Positions 25,025 to 37,630 are shown, counted from the whole stretch's first letter. The stretch is DNA of 63,863 nucleotides, filler included, from Vicugna vicugna (GCA_013265495.1; 75 parts of 74 records of this genome joined end to end with filler, not necessarily neighbours in it); one strand, 5' to 3'. The notes: generated by a model not told the origin, from the sequence alone. Numbers and translations are program-made.

Positions 25025-25558
25025 TATTACAAGATATTGAATATAGTTCCCTGTGCTATACAGTAGCACTTTGTTGTTTATCTATTTTATATATAGTAGT
25101 TTATCTCTGCTAACCCCAAACTCCTAATTTATCCTTCCCCACTCCGTTTTCCCTTCGGTAACCCTAAATTTGTTTTCTATGTCTATGAGTCTGTTTCTAT
25201 TTCATAAATAAGTTCAATTGTGTCGCATTTTATATTCCACATATAAGTAATATCATATGGTATTTGTCTTTCTCTGAATTACTTCACTTAGTATGATAAT
25301 CTCCAGGTCTATCCATGTTGCTGCAAATGACATTATTTTATTCTTTTTATTATTTTATTCTTTTTATGGCTGAGTAGTATTCCATTGTGTATATATACCT
25401 CATCTTCTTTATCCAGTCATCTGTTGATGGACATTTCAGTTGCTTTCATGTCTTGTCTATTGTATGTAGTGCTACTATGAACATTGGGGTGCATGTGTCT
25501 TTTTGAATTAGAGTTACCTCCAGCTATATGCTCAGGAGCAGGATTGCTGGATCATATA
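25025..25558 (-). mobile_element. Cetartiodactyl-type L1 3' end
   Basis: ttacaagatattgaatatagttccctgtgctatacagtag; tttatggctgagtagtattccattgtgt; 17-bp duplication near 25335. Confidence 0.92.
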
Positions 25559-25716
25559 TAATTAATTGCCATTGTTTATTGAGCCTCCAGTGCGTGTTTG
25601 ACTCTGCGATAAGCACNNNNNNNNNNNNNNNNNNNNNNNNNNNNNNNNNNNNNNNNNNNNTTAATTAATTAANNNNNNNNNNNNNNNNNNNNNNNNNNNN
25701 NNNNNNNNNNNNNNNN

Positions 25717-26330
25717 CAGTGCATGATGCCCCAGTGAGGGTGAAGGAGGGCCAAGGAGGCTAGTGGAGAAGCAGCTGGATGGCTAGGGTTGGGCACATAG
25801 AGGAGAGAGGCTGGACCTGGGGTGGAGGCACGCCTGGGTATGAGCCCGGGGGTAGGGTGAATAGGGGTGGCTGGCTCAGCCTGACGGAGAAGAAGACCCT
25901 ACTATGACCATACTGGGTGGTGGAGGGAGAATGAACTTTGACTTCTTGATGGTAGGAGGTGAGGCAATACAGAGCTGGTGGTCCAGCTGCTCCTGAATGA
26001 GGCAGTTAAGCAGGGAGGCCAGGGGTGGCAGGCACTGCTAGGAATTGAATGGGTTTTCCAGGTGATCCCAAGAGGGGAGGAGAAATCACCTGATGGGGGA
26101 AAGTGAGCACAAGGAGGTCAACCCAGGCTCCTGTTCAAACGGAGGGTATGAGGGGGCAGAGTGTCAATTCCAGAGATGGTGGCCCAGGAAGCAGGGACCA
26201 CGGGTGAAGTGAGGGGACACTCAGAGAAGAGAGGGAGAAGAGTCTTCTGGGTGTAGGGGGAAGAGAGGCCCCAGGACAAAGGAGCACAGGGGCACAGTGA
26301 TGAGGATGGACTGGCTCTGTTGTGACACTG
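25717..26330 (-). mobile_element. Old L2 internal fragment
   Basis: Purine/G-rich pattern typical of antisense L2 ORF2. Confidence 0.45.
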
Positions 26331-26699
26331 CAGGGGTGGCTGGATCTTTGTCCTGAGGGCTTAGTTTGGGGGGGCTACTGGCCTCATGAGGGCCCCCCTC
26401 TCAGCAGCCTGGACAGACGCTCCCACTCCTGAGAGCTCTGTGGCCACCACTGTTCCNNNNNNNNNNNNNNNNNNNNNNNNNNNNNNNNNNNNNNNNNNNN
26501 NNNNNNNNNNNNNNNNNNNNNNNNNNNNNNNNNNNNNNNNNNNNNNNNNNNNNNNNNNNNNNNNNNNNNNNNNNNNNNNNNNNNNCAAAGCGCCAGCCTA
26601 TGGGTGGGCCATTCAGAGGCTCGGATACTTCTTAAATTAACTCAAAGCAGTAGAATAGCAGAGCTGGAGGAAGTGACCACTGAGCTCACAGAGTTCACC

Positions 26700-26762
26700 G
26701 CCCACACCCCCATTCCGCAGATGAGGAAACAGAGACCAAGTGGTTAAGCAGCCTTGGCCAAG
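26700..26762 (-). mobile_element. MIR fragment
   Basis: cccattccgcagatgaggaaacagag...ggttaag..ccttggccaag. Confidence 0.75.
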
Positions 26763-27462
26763 NNNNNNNNNNNNNNNNNNNNNNNNNNNNNNNNNNNNNN
26801 NNNNNNTTAATTAATTAANNNNNNNNNNNNNNNNNNNNNNNNNNNNNNNNNNNNNNNNNNNNTAGTTTTAAGACTTGGTAATATGAATTCATGAATAATG
26901 TTAAAAGTAGGCAACTCAGATCCGGTTTCCATATTTCTCAAGATTTCCTGTGAGAAATGGATATTTTTTCCCCATCTTAAATCTGAGTGGATTCTCTAAA
27001 AAAATTCTGTAGTCCTCCATCTTTTTCCTTTAATTCTCCTTTTTTTTAAATAANNNNNNNNNNNNNNNNNNNNNNNNNNNNNNNNNNNNNNNNNNNNNNN
27101 NNNNNNNNNNNNNNNNNNNNNNNNNNNNNNNNNNNNNNNNNNNNNNNNNNNNNNNNNNNNNNNNNNNNNNCTTTGTTAGTGAGGTTAGAGGCCTCTAATT
27201 CTTTTTTTGGAGACTTGTCCATAAACCTGTAAATCTAAAACTAATGGACAAAATTTGGTTTATTAAAAAAATCAATAGAACTTTCTTCAGTCCATTCAAA
27301 AGTAAATGCTCATTGATTTAAAATGTTTCTCCTTTATGATGATTTCTAATTTTTGGTCTAGCNNNNNNNNNNNNNNNNNNNNNNNNNNNNNNNNNNNNNN
27401 NNNNNNTTAATTAATTAANNNNNNNNNNNNNNNNNNNNNNNNNNNNNNNNNNNNNNNNNNNN

Positions 27463-28331
27463 TACATCTAGACACGTGTACTCTTTTTCACAAGCTTTAC
27501 ATAACACTAGTTTCTAATTCATGCATCTTTCACAAAAAAATACTTCTGGAGCAATTACCACCTAACAGATATGTAATTTACATGAATTCCTTCAACTTGG
27601 TTTTCCGGGTTCCGTACATGATACATGCATGATGGATTCGGCAAACATGGGTTTCTGAGTTGTGAGAATGTGGATTACTGACCTTTCATCCACCAAAGAA
27701 GGCTTATATACACTTAGAAATATTTACTTTGACATCATAGGTTTTTTCTATCACCAGGTTCTAAAATCGGACATTAGGCACCAGAAAACAAAACAATCTT
27801 TGAGCGAATTCTCACCAATACACATGAAATTTACATTGTTTAAATAACCAGGGCATTCCGTATTCCGAACATGTTTCATGCAACACGGATTCCTTAAACA
27901 TGAATTTCTGAGCTGTGGACATGCCCATGACTGATGTTTCAAACATAACAGTGTATATTTGCACTTAGAAATATTTATTGGTCTTCATTTCTTCTCCCTG
28001 TCACCAGTTACAAGAATCGGACTTTGACCCCAGAAAAAACTTCTTGGAGCGAAATCTACCCTAGATATATGTGATTTGAATAGAATCCATCAAAATGACA
28101 TTCCGGTTTCCGTACATGCTACATGAATGTCGGATTTGAAAAACATGAGTTTCTGAGATGTGAGCATGTGGATTACTGACCTTTCATCCACCAAACAAGG
28201 CATATATTCTCTTACAAATATTTACTCTGTCTTCATTGGTTTTTTCTATCACCAGGTTTTAAAATCGGACATTTGGCAAGAGAAATCACTTTGCGCAAAT
28301 TCTCACCAATACACATATAATTTACATTGTT
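27463..28331 (-). repeat. Satellite A with hybrid monomer
   Basis: Reverse complement of satellite A; gtggattactgacctttcatcc at ~27670 and ~28168. Confidence 0.94.
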
Positions 28332-28519
28332 NNNNNNNNNNNNNNNNNNNNNNNNNNNNNNNNNNNNNNNNNNNNTTAATTAATTAANNNNNNNNNNNNN
28401 NNNNNNNNNNNNNNNNNNNNNNNNNNNNNNNGTTTCTTAGGTGATAAAATTAAGATTCAGAGATTTGAAGTGATTTTACCTTAAAATATATAGTTGAATA
28501 GCTGGATTCCAGATTGCTC

Positions 28520-28642
28520 TATGTATCTACCTATCTATCTATCTATCTAGTCTGCCTATCTACTTACCTACCCACCCATCTACCCATGTATCCATCTGTC
28601 TGTCTGTCTATATATCTATCTGTCATCTATCTATCATCCATC
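28520..28642. repeat. Degenerate (TCTA)n/(TCTG)n microsatellite
   Basis: Directly visible. Confidence 0.85.
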
Positions 28643-28869
28643 CCTCAAAATGCATTCTTCACCTATCCAATCTTATCCCTCAAATATTAAATGTTTCAAA
28701 GTAATGAATCTGAAATAACGGTGGATCACTTTTTATTCACTAACTCAAAAAAGAAATGAAAAGTAAGAANNNNNNNNNNNNNNNNNNNNNNNNNNNNNNN
28801 NNNNNNNNNNNNNTTAATTAATTAANNNNNNNNNNNNNNNNNNNNNNNNNNNNNNNNNNNNNNNNNNNN

Positions 28870-29383
28870 TCCAGACCAAGTGTTGAAAATGGAGGTCAGG
28901 AAATCACTGAAGAAAAACAGAGTCTCAGACTCACAAAAGGCAGAATACCAGAAAAGGGGGAAGATAATGTCTGAAGACGAGCCAAAGTATATCAGAAAAC
29001 TCAATGGATGTGAATATATCAGGGCTAAAATTCAGTCCTTAGCAGACTAGATAATGCAGAGGGACACGTGAATGACTGTGAAGACAGGGGAACAGAAATC
29101 CCTCGGTCAGAAAGACATAGGACAGCAAGTGCAAACCAATGAAAACATTGTTGTTGAATCCTGGGTTAAGACAGGGCATGAAAGACTAGAATTCATTAGA
29201 GTCCCTGATGGAAAAGCAAGAGATAAAGAAACAAAAAATGTCTGAGAACTTATCTGTTGGAATATCAGACTGAAACTTGCTGAAAGCCAAGAAAGAGTCA
29301 TCTGTGCAAATTCAGGAAGTACACAGCATCCAAAGGACGTGGAATCCCTATAGACCTACCAGCAGCGGTATGATTCAAATCAA
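28870..29383 (+). mobile_element. Degenerate L1 ORF1-derived multicopy fragment
   Basis: Remnants of the ORF1 RRM: I.VP.G...R.K, QIQEV..I...N..RPT; paralogous to 15808-16174. Confidence 0.7.
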
Positions 29384-29483
29384 NNNNNNNNNNNNNNNNN
29401 NNNNNNNNNNNNNNNNNNNNNNNNNNNTTAATTAATTAANNNNNNNNNNNNNNNNNNNNNNNNNNNNNNNNNNNNNNNNNNNN

Positions 29484-30646
29484 TATTGAATACAGAATAT
29501 AGAATGTAGAACACAGAATTTAGAATACTGAAAACAGAGTACAGAACACAGAATTTAGAACATGGAATGCAGAACTCCGAATTTGGAATATAAAATACAG
29601 AATACTGAATATAGAATATCGAATATAGAATGTTGAACACACAATATGGAATGTAGAATACGGAATGCAGAATATTGAATACAGAATATAGAATGTAGAA
29701 AACAGAATATAGAATAAAGTTTTCGGAATGCAGAATATAGAATATAGAATATAGAATGATGAACACAGAATATAGAATACAGAGTAGAGCATATAGAACA
29801 CAGAATTTAGAACATGGAAAGCAGAATTCAGTATTTAGAATATAGAATACAGAATACTGATTATAGATTTTAGAACATGGAATGCAGATCCCAGAATATA
29901 CAATATAGAATATGGAATACTGAATATAGAATTTAGAATAAAGAATATAGAACACAGAATAAAGAAATTAGAGTATAGAATATAGAACCCAGAATTNNNN
30001 NNNNNNNNNNNNNNNNNNNNNNNNNNNNNNNNNNNNNNNNNNNNNNNNNNNNNNNNNNNNNNNNNNNNNNNNNNNNNNNNNNNNNNNNNNNNNNNNNNNN
30101 NNNNNNNNNNNNNNNNNNNNNNNNNNNNNNNNNNNNNNNNNNNNNNNNNNNNNNNNNNNNNNNNNNNNNNNNNNNNNNNNNNNNNNNNNNNNNNNNNNNN
30201 NNNNNNNNNNNNNNNNNNNNNNNNNNNNNNNNNNNNNNNNNNNNNNNNNNNNNNNNNNNNNNNNNNNNNNNNNNNNNNNNNNNNNNNNNNNNNNNNNNNN
30301 NNNNNNNNNNNNNNNNNNNNNNNNNNNNNNNNNNNNNNNNNNNNNNNNNNNNNNNNNNNNNNNNNNNNNNNNNNNNNNNNNNNNNNNNNNNACAGAATTT
30401 AGAATATAGTATACAGTATACTGAATATCGGACTTAGAATATAGAATGTAGAACTCAGAATATACAATATAGGATACGGAATGTAGAATAAAGAATAAAG
30501 AATATAGAATATAGAACACAAAATATAGAATACGGAAAACAGAATACAGAACCCAAAATTTACAACATGGAATGCAGATCACAGAATTTAGAGTATATAC
30601 AAAAGAATACTGAATATAAAATTTAGAATATAGAATGTAGAACACA
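29484..30646 (-). repeat. Satellite D (heptamer-based)
   Basis: TAGAATA variants, 7-bp period. Confidence 0.95.
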
Positions 30647-30746
30647 NNNNNNNNNNNNNNNNNNNNNNNNNNNNNNNNNNNNNNNNNNNNTTAATTAATT
30701 AANNNNNNNNNNNNNNNNNNNNNNNNNNNNNNNNNNNNNNNNNNNN

Positions 30747-31256
30747 TGTACCAATTTACATTCTCACCACCAGTGCATGAGGGTTTCCTTTTCGCCACAT
30801 GCTTGCCAACAGCTGTGTCTTGTTTGGTAATAGCCATTCTCACATGTGTGAGGTGGTATCTTACTGTGGTTTTGATTTTTATTTCACTGATGATTAGTGA
30901 TGTTGATTATCTTTTCATATGCCTGTTGGCCTTATGTATGTCTTTGGAAAAATGTCTACTCGGGTCCTCTGCCCATTTTTTGTTTTTCTGATACTGAATT
31001 GTATGAGTTCTTTATATATTTTTGGACATTGACTCCCTTGTTGGATATATTGTTTGAAAATATCTTCTCCCATTCTGTAGGTTGCCTTTTCATTTAGTTT
31101 TGTCAGTGGTTTCCTTTCCTGTGCAAAAGCTTTTTAATTTGATGTAGTCCCACATGTTTTTATGCTTTTGTTTCCCTTGCCTGAGGAGATATATTCATAA
31201 ATGTTGCTCAAATCAATGTCAAAGAGGTGAATACCTATATTTTCTTACAGGGGTTT
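30747..31256 (-). mobile_element. L1 ORF2 3' fragment
   Basis: tgtaccaatttacattc, gtgtgaggtggtatct, gatgtagtccca, atgtcaaagag. Confidence 0.93.
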
Positions 31257-32613
31257 NNNNNNNNNNNNNNNNNNNNNNNNNNNNNNNNNNNNNNNNNNNN
31301 TTAATTAATTAANNNNNNNNNNNNNNNNNNNNNNNNNNNNNNNNNNNNNNNNNNNNATAGTAGGTCCTTGTCATTTATTTTATATTTATTACTGTGTATC
31401 TATTAATCCTCCCATTCCTGCCTGCTAACATCAGTTTGCTTTCTATGTCCATGAGTCCATTTCAAGGAGCACCATTTTTCCTAGTAATATATGCTCTTTG
31501 GCTTCTTTCAGTTTCAGTAATTCCATCTTATCTGTGGGCACTTTTCTTCTGGTGGCCTTTATGTGGTTTTCACACGGGGTAATAGAGATCTGTATTTAGG
31601 AGAAAGGGAGAACTCCAGGCCTCGTGTAGTCCCTGGTACAGAGTGCCCACTGAGTTGATGCTTGAACTGGGAAAAAAGCACAGTAAATGTTGGAATTTCC
31701 ATTATGATTGAGAATTCCAGGTTTCTATAACCTGTTTAGCCCAGCTTAATATTGGCTGCAACCATACTGGGTAATTTGGTGGAATTTCANNNNNNNNNNN
31801 NNNNNNNNNNNNNNNNNNNNNNNNNNNNNNNNNTTAATTAATTAANNNNNNNNNNNNNNNNNNNNNNNNNNNNNNNNNNNNNNNNNNNNCAAAAAACCAA
31901 AACAAACCAAACTGTGCCAGGAGCTCTTTAGCACATTCAATGTCCCTGGATCTCCAACGCCTCAGGTGGTGCTGTTCCTGTACACACACTAGCTGGGCTG
32001 GTCTAGTTAGGGACTGTAACTATCTTTTTAAAATCGGCGGTCACACGTTTCACCCTGGGAGAGGGAAAGAAGGAGGATGTCACAGTCTCATGCCTTCAGC
32101 TCATTTTTAACTGAACCAAGCCCTGCTTTCANNNNNNNNNNNNNNNNNNNNNNNNNNNNNNNNNNNNNNNNNNNNNNNNNNNNNNNNNNNNNNNNNNNNN
32201 NNNNNNNNNNNNNNNNNNNNNNNNNNNNNNNNNNNNNNNNNNNNNNNNNNNNNNNNNNNNNNNNNCGGCTCCACCAAGCTGGGCATTACAGCAGGAGGCT
32301 CTCAGCCCAGGGAGCAGTGCCCATGCCACTGAGCTGGTCCTCAGGGAGCGGGAAAGGGAGAGCAGTGCAGCCCCGGGGTCGCGGGGCAGGGAAAGCGGGG
32401 CGGGGGGGACACGGGCTGCAACTTCGCTCCGAGGCCAGCCCCAGCCCCACCCACCCACCCCTTCCAGCTCCGCAGACCACGCCCGCCAGGGTCACAGCCC
32501 GCCCAGTGGTTGGNNNNNNNNNNNNNNNNNNNNNNNNNNNNNNNNNNNNNNNNNNNNTTAATTAATTAANNNNNNNNNNNNNNNNNNNNNNNNNNNNNNN
32601 NNNNNNNNNNNNN

Positions 32614-33045
32614 TACAATGTTGTGTCAATTTCCAGTGTAGTGCACAATTTTTCAGTTTTCCTTGAATATACATATATTCATTGCCACATTCTTTTTCAC
32701 CGTGAGCTACCACAAGATCTTGTATATATTTCCCTGTGCTGTACAGTATAATCTTACTTATCTATTCTGTATATGCCTGTCAGTATCGACAAATTTCAAA
32801 CTCCCATGCTGTCCCTTCCCACCTCCGTGTCCCGTGGCAACCTCAACTTTGTATTCTATGTCTTTGAGTCTGCTTCTGTTTTGTAGTTAAGTTCTTTTGT
32901 CTCCCTCTCTTTCTTTCTCTCTTTCTTTCTTTCTTCTTCTTCTTTTTTCTTTTTTGTTTAGATTCCACATATGAGCGATCTCATATTATATTTTCCTTTC
33001 TTTTTCTGGCTTACTTCGTTTAGAATGACATTCTCCAAGGACATA
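32614..33045 (-). mobile_element. Lineage-specific L1 3' end with internal (TTTC)n tract
   Basis: Similar to 46113-46443; ttagattccacatatgagcgat...cttacttc.tttagaatgac. Confidence 0.88.
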
Positions 33046-33451
33046 GGATCCATTATTTTTTAATTTTAGATATTCATTTTTGTTTTTAAGTATTATATTT
33101 TACCATCATTGGAATCAAGCACCTAACATAAGATGATAGTTTCTTTCTTTAACCAAAATCCCAGCATCTGGAATGGAAGAATTATGGTTATGGGTAATTT
33201 GTTTTAAAAAATATTGCTAGATGAAGACCCTAGCTTATACTTGTCACATGTTGGCATGATTGATTATTTTAGACACTATGCAATTTATTAATTTAAGGTA
33301 ATTAAGAAAAAATATAATTCCTTTGAGAGCTAGTTATCTGTGCAATACAGCNNNNNNNNNNNNNNNNNNNNNNNNNNNNNNNNNNNNNNNNNNNNTTAAT
33401 TAATTAANNNNNNNNNNNNNNNNNNNNNNNNNNNNNNNNNNNNNNNNNNNN

Positions 33452-33829
33452 TTCCAGTTTCAAATATTCTGAAAGAGGCCTTTCTTTCCAAAACTATCTT
33501 CTTAAAGATATCTTCATCAATCACGACGGAAGATCCATTATCATCCCACCAGATGGATTTATATTGGTTACTCCTAGCCATTTTCCAGAGATTTCTTGGA
33601 AATGTCAGAGAACGAAAATAATTATCTTCATCTGGTTCAGAGACACAATGTGTGTAACAATCAAAGATTCTTCAGACAAACTCTGAAAAGCATTTTCTTC
33701 AATCACAGACCTCAAGTCCAAGTCCTCAGAGAATGTTTGATCACACAATAGATATCTACCAGAGTTACCTGAAACAGTTGGTCCATCTTTATGAGACACA
33801 TCTTGAAATTCTGAAGAAACATGTGTCAT
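33452..33829 (-). pseudogene. HSFY: Heat shock transcription factor Y-linked (HSFY) 5' part, frameshifted
   Basis: MTHVSSEFQDVS..LCDQTF..DLDLRSVIEENAFQ.LS..SL, then in another frame CYTHCVSEPDEDN..SLTFPRNLWK..SNQYKSIWWDDNG..VVIDEDIFKK.VLERKA.FRIFET (HSF DNA-binding domain); shift near 33660. Confidence 0.93.
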
Positions 33830-34249
33830 CTCAAATAACTTTTTCTACAGTTACTTTTCTAATCTGCATGATTTTGAGCACTGCAACTTCAAATGCTGCT
33901 TTGGCAGGACTGCACAGATAAATTGTTAGGCCATCACAATGGTTCTCAACCTGAGTAGCTGTGGCATCATAAAACGACTGGTCTCCTAGCAACCCAAGTG
34001 TAACATTCCGCCTGTGTTTACTTCTCATTCATCCAGTTAAAATGAAACATAAATGTTGCTTATTTTTACAGTGTGATGTGGAAATATTTTCCCCACAAAA
34101 TCTGTTTAAATAATTTAATTTTGGGGTCTATGAAATAAAACCAATCTCCNNNNNNNNNNNNNNNNNNNNNNNNNNNNNNNNNNNNNNNNNNNNTTAATTA
34201 ATTAANNNNNNNNNNNNNNNNNNNNNNNNNNNNNNNNNNNNNNNNNNNN

Positions 34250-35374
34250 GAATCCCAAAGCTTGTCTTCCCTGATGGCATGCCTAGGCTGGAGTATGGGG
34301 AAAGTGGGGTTTGGGCTTGAAGTACAAATAGCAACGAGTGCCCCCTGATTTACTGGGGAAGTACTTAGAGGATTTCACCCTAAAATGGAACACCTGTGCC
34401 CCCATTCATCTGCGTGGACTGGGTCTCCACAACTCCCCCCCACACAAGGCTGGGATCATGAGTATGTGGATGTTCCTCCAACTGACAGAAGTTCCTGCGT
34501 TCGAATAGAATAATCAGCTTATATTCCCTGAGTGTTTCCCTAGGCCGGGCTGCGAGCGAAAGCTGGGGGTTGTGCTTGGAGGCCAAGTAGCAGCTTGTGC
34601 CAACCAATTGACTGAGAAATTACTTAGGGAACTCCCCTACCGGGGAACACCTGTGTCAACATTCAGCTGCGTGGATTGGGGCTGCACAACTCCCACACAC
34701 ACAAGAGTGTCTCCGGATTCCTGACTGATGGGAAGTTCCTCCATGTGACAGCAGCATCTAGGTTCAATACAATCCCTTAGCTTGTTTTCCGTGATGGCTT
34801 GCCCTGCCAGGATTGCGGGAGAAATTGGAGGTTGGGCTCTAAAACAAAGTATTAGCGAGTGCATATCCATGGGATGTGGAGGTGTTTAACNNNNNNNNNN
34901 NNNNNNNNNNNNNNNNNNNNNNNNNNNNNNNNNNNNNNNNNNNNNNNNNNNNNNNNNNNNNNNNNNNNNNNNNNNNNNNNNNNNNNNNNNNNNNNNNNNN
35001 NNNNNNNNNNNNNNNNNNNNNNNNNNNNNNNNNNNNNNNNNNNNNNNNNNNNNNNNNNNNNNNNNNNNNNNNNNNNNNNNNNNNNNNNNNNNNNNNNNNN
35101 NNNNNNNNNNNNNNNNNNNNNNNNNNNNNNNNNNNNNNNNNNNNNNNNNNNNNNNNNNNNNNNNNNNNNNNNNNNNNNNNNNNNNNNNNNNNNNNNNNNN
35201 NNNNNNNNNNNNNNNNNNNNNNNNNNNNNNNNNNNNNNNNNNNNNNNNNNNNNNNNNNNNNNNNNNNNNNNNNNNAAGTGACAGCCTGGGTTCTAATAGT
35301 ATCCTGTAGCTTGTAATACCTGAGTTGTACCCTAGGCCTAGCTCTGAGGGAAAGCTGGGGGTTGGGCTTTGAGG
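34250..35374 (-). repeat. Satellite C2
   Basis: gaacacctgtg, ccaactgacag, aagctgggggttg anchors at ~260-270-bp spacing. Confidence 0.92.
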
Positions 35375-35474
35375 NNNNNNNNNNNNNNNNNNNNNNNNNN
35401 NNNNNNNNNNNNNNNNNNTTAATTAATTAANNNNNNNNNNNNNNNNNNNNNNNNNNNNNNNNNNNNNNNNNNNN

Positions 35475-36471
35475 GGAGATGTGGAGCCACAATCCAAGTA
35501 GATGAATGGGGTCACACTTAATTCCCATAGGGAGAAGTCCTCTAAATAATTCCATATTCCATCGGGGGGCAGTTGCTGCTACTTTGCCTCCAAGCCAAAC
35601 TCCCAGATTTCCCTCTCAGCCCGGCATAGGGAAACACTCAAGGAATACAAGTTAAGGGATTCTATTAGAACCCAGGCGCTGCTGTCATTTGGAGGAGCCT
35701 CCCACACAATCAGGATACCTGAGCACGTCTCCGTGTGTGTGCTGGAGGTGGGGAATCAGAGTCCACGCATCTTTATGGGGGCACAGGTGTTCCAAGGTTG
35801 GGGAAGAAGTTTCAAATCCTCCACTGCCCACAGAGATGCACTCGCTTATTCTTGGCTTTAGAGCCCATTCCCCACCATCGCTCACTGCTAGGTCTAGAAA
35901 AAAACTTAGGGAAGTCAAGCTGAGTTATACTATTAGAACGCAGGCGCTGCTGTCAGTTGGAGGATCTTCCACACACTCAGGATTCCGGATCCCAGGCTTG
36001 TGTATGGGGGAGGTGTGGATACCCTGTCCACACAGATGAATGGGGTCACAGGTGTTCCACATTAACTTGAAATCCTCTAAGTACTTCCTCAATAAATCGG
36101 GGGGAACTCGTTGCTACTTGGACTTCAAACCCAACCCCCAGTTTCCCCCACTCTCCAGACTAGGCATGCCATCAGGTAAGAAAAGCTAAGTGATTCTATT
36201 AGAAGCCAGGCGCTTCTGTCAGTTGGAGGAGACTCCCCAGACCCACGATACCTGAACAAGCCTTTGTGTGTGTGCTTTTGTTGGAGATACATAGTCCACG
36301 CAACTTTATGGGGGCACAGGTGTTCCCAGGGAGGGAATGTACTTTAAACACCTCCACTGCCCATAGAGAGGCACTCGCTATTACTTGGCTTTAGAGCCCA
36401 ACCCCCACCTTCGCTCCCAATCCCGACTTTGAAAACACTCAGGGAAGATAACCTAAGGGATCCTATTAGAT
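35475..36471 (+). repeat. Satellite C2, ~3.7 monomers with alternating types
   Basis: ctattaga anchor at 35662, 35930, 36196 and 36463 (268/266/267 bp). Confidence 0.96.
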
Positions 36472-37384
36472 NNNNNNNNNNNNNNNNNNNNNNNNNNNNN
36501 NNNNNNNNNNNNNNNTTAATTAATTAANNNNNNNNNNNNNNNNNNNNNNNNNNNNNNNNNNNNNNNNNNNNATGACATTGAGTCAGTCTGTCCTCACTCC
36601 TGGACAGATCTCTCAAAACCCACCCATACAACTGTTACTGGCTCAACTGTTTCCCTTCCTATTCAAAGAAAGGACTATAGTACAAGACTTCAGTGTGGTT
36701 TTTATACTTTGTTGGCCAAATCGACAGTATCTCTTGAGTTCCTGTCTGTGACTGACTGAGAGCACTGTTAGCAAAAATTAATTTTTTGTTACTAAAAGTG
36801 CTTTTGACCCCCTTGACCCCTTTGAGTGTTTCATTTTGAAATTGTATGTGTGGCACATGAGTGAAAATCAGAGAAAGCCATAAAAGCCATAAGCAGGTGA
36901 TGACAAAAAAACAGAACAGAAGAAAGATGCCAGAGCAAAGCTTCCACTCTCCTTGGATAAACGGTCCTTATCCATCTTTCTCGTCCCCATGACTGGCCGG
37001 CATGGCATGATCTCAGAGAGGGGCGACATAACCACCAGAGAGCAGAAAAAGCAAGTGTTTAGGGGAAGATNNNNNNNNNNNNNNNNNNNNNNNNNNNNNN
37101 NNNNNNNNNNNNNNTTAATTAATTAANNNNNNNNNNNNNNNNNNNNNNNNNNNNNNNNNNNNNNNNNNNNGGATACACCTAGAGCTGCTACCCGATCAGC
37201 AAAGAGCACCAGCACATGCAGTGCCTTCAGGGCCGTGGACTGAGCTGCCCCGGGTGCCAGCAGCAGCACTGGAGACACCCTTCCCCTTCCCTGTAATTCC
37301 TTCTTTTTTGAAAAATAAATTTGTTCTTATCTTATATATACTAAATTATTCTGTGGTATAAAGTTACCTTAAACTTTAAAACTT

Positions 37385-37630
37385 TTAATATTTTAAATTC
37401 TACTTGTACATGGTATTAAGCATATTCACAATTTTATATAACCCCATTTAATATCTATTCCAGAACATTCTTATCAAAGAAAGTGCTGTAAGTATCAGTC
37501 TCTCCTGATTTCCCTCACCTTCAGTGCTGTAACAACCAATGTTCCTGATGTGTCTGTGAATTTACAATCCCTGATTATTCTTATTGGTGATAACATATTG
37601 TTGTGGCCTGTTGTGTCTGACTGAGCAATA
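37385..37630 (-). mobile_element. Old L1M 3' end fragment
   Basis: ggtattaagcatattcaca...ttccagaacattcttatc...tgtctgtgaattt. Confidence 0.6.

Noticed and set aside
29484..34149. Functional link between HSFY and the GAA-rich heptamer satellite
   Set aside because: Different scaffolds joined artificially; the GAA cores are direct repeats at 7-bp spacing, not the inverted nGAAn arrays of heat-shock elements
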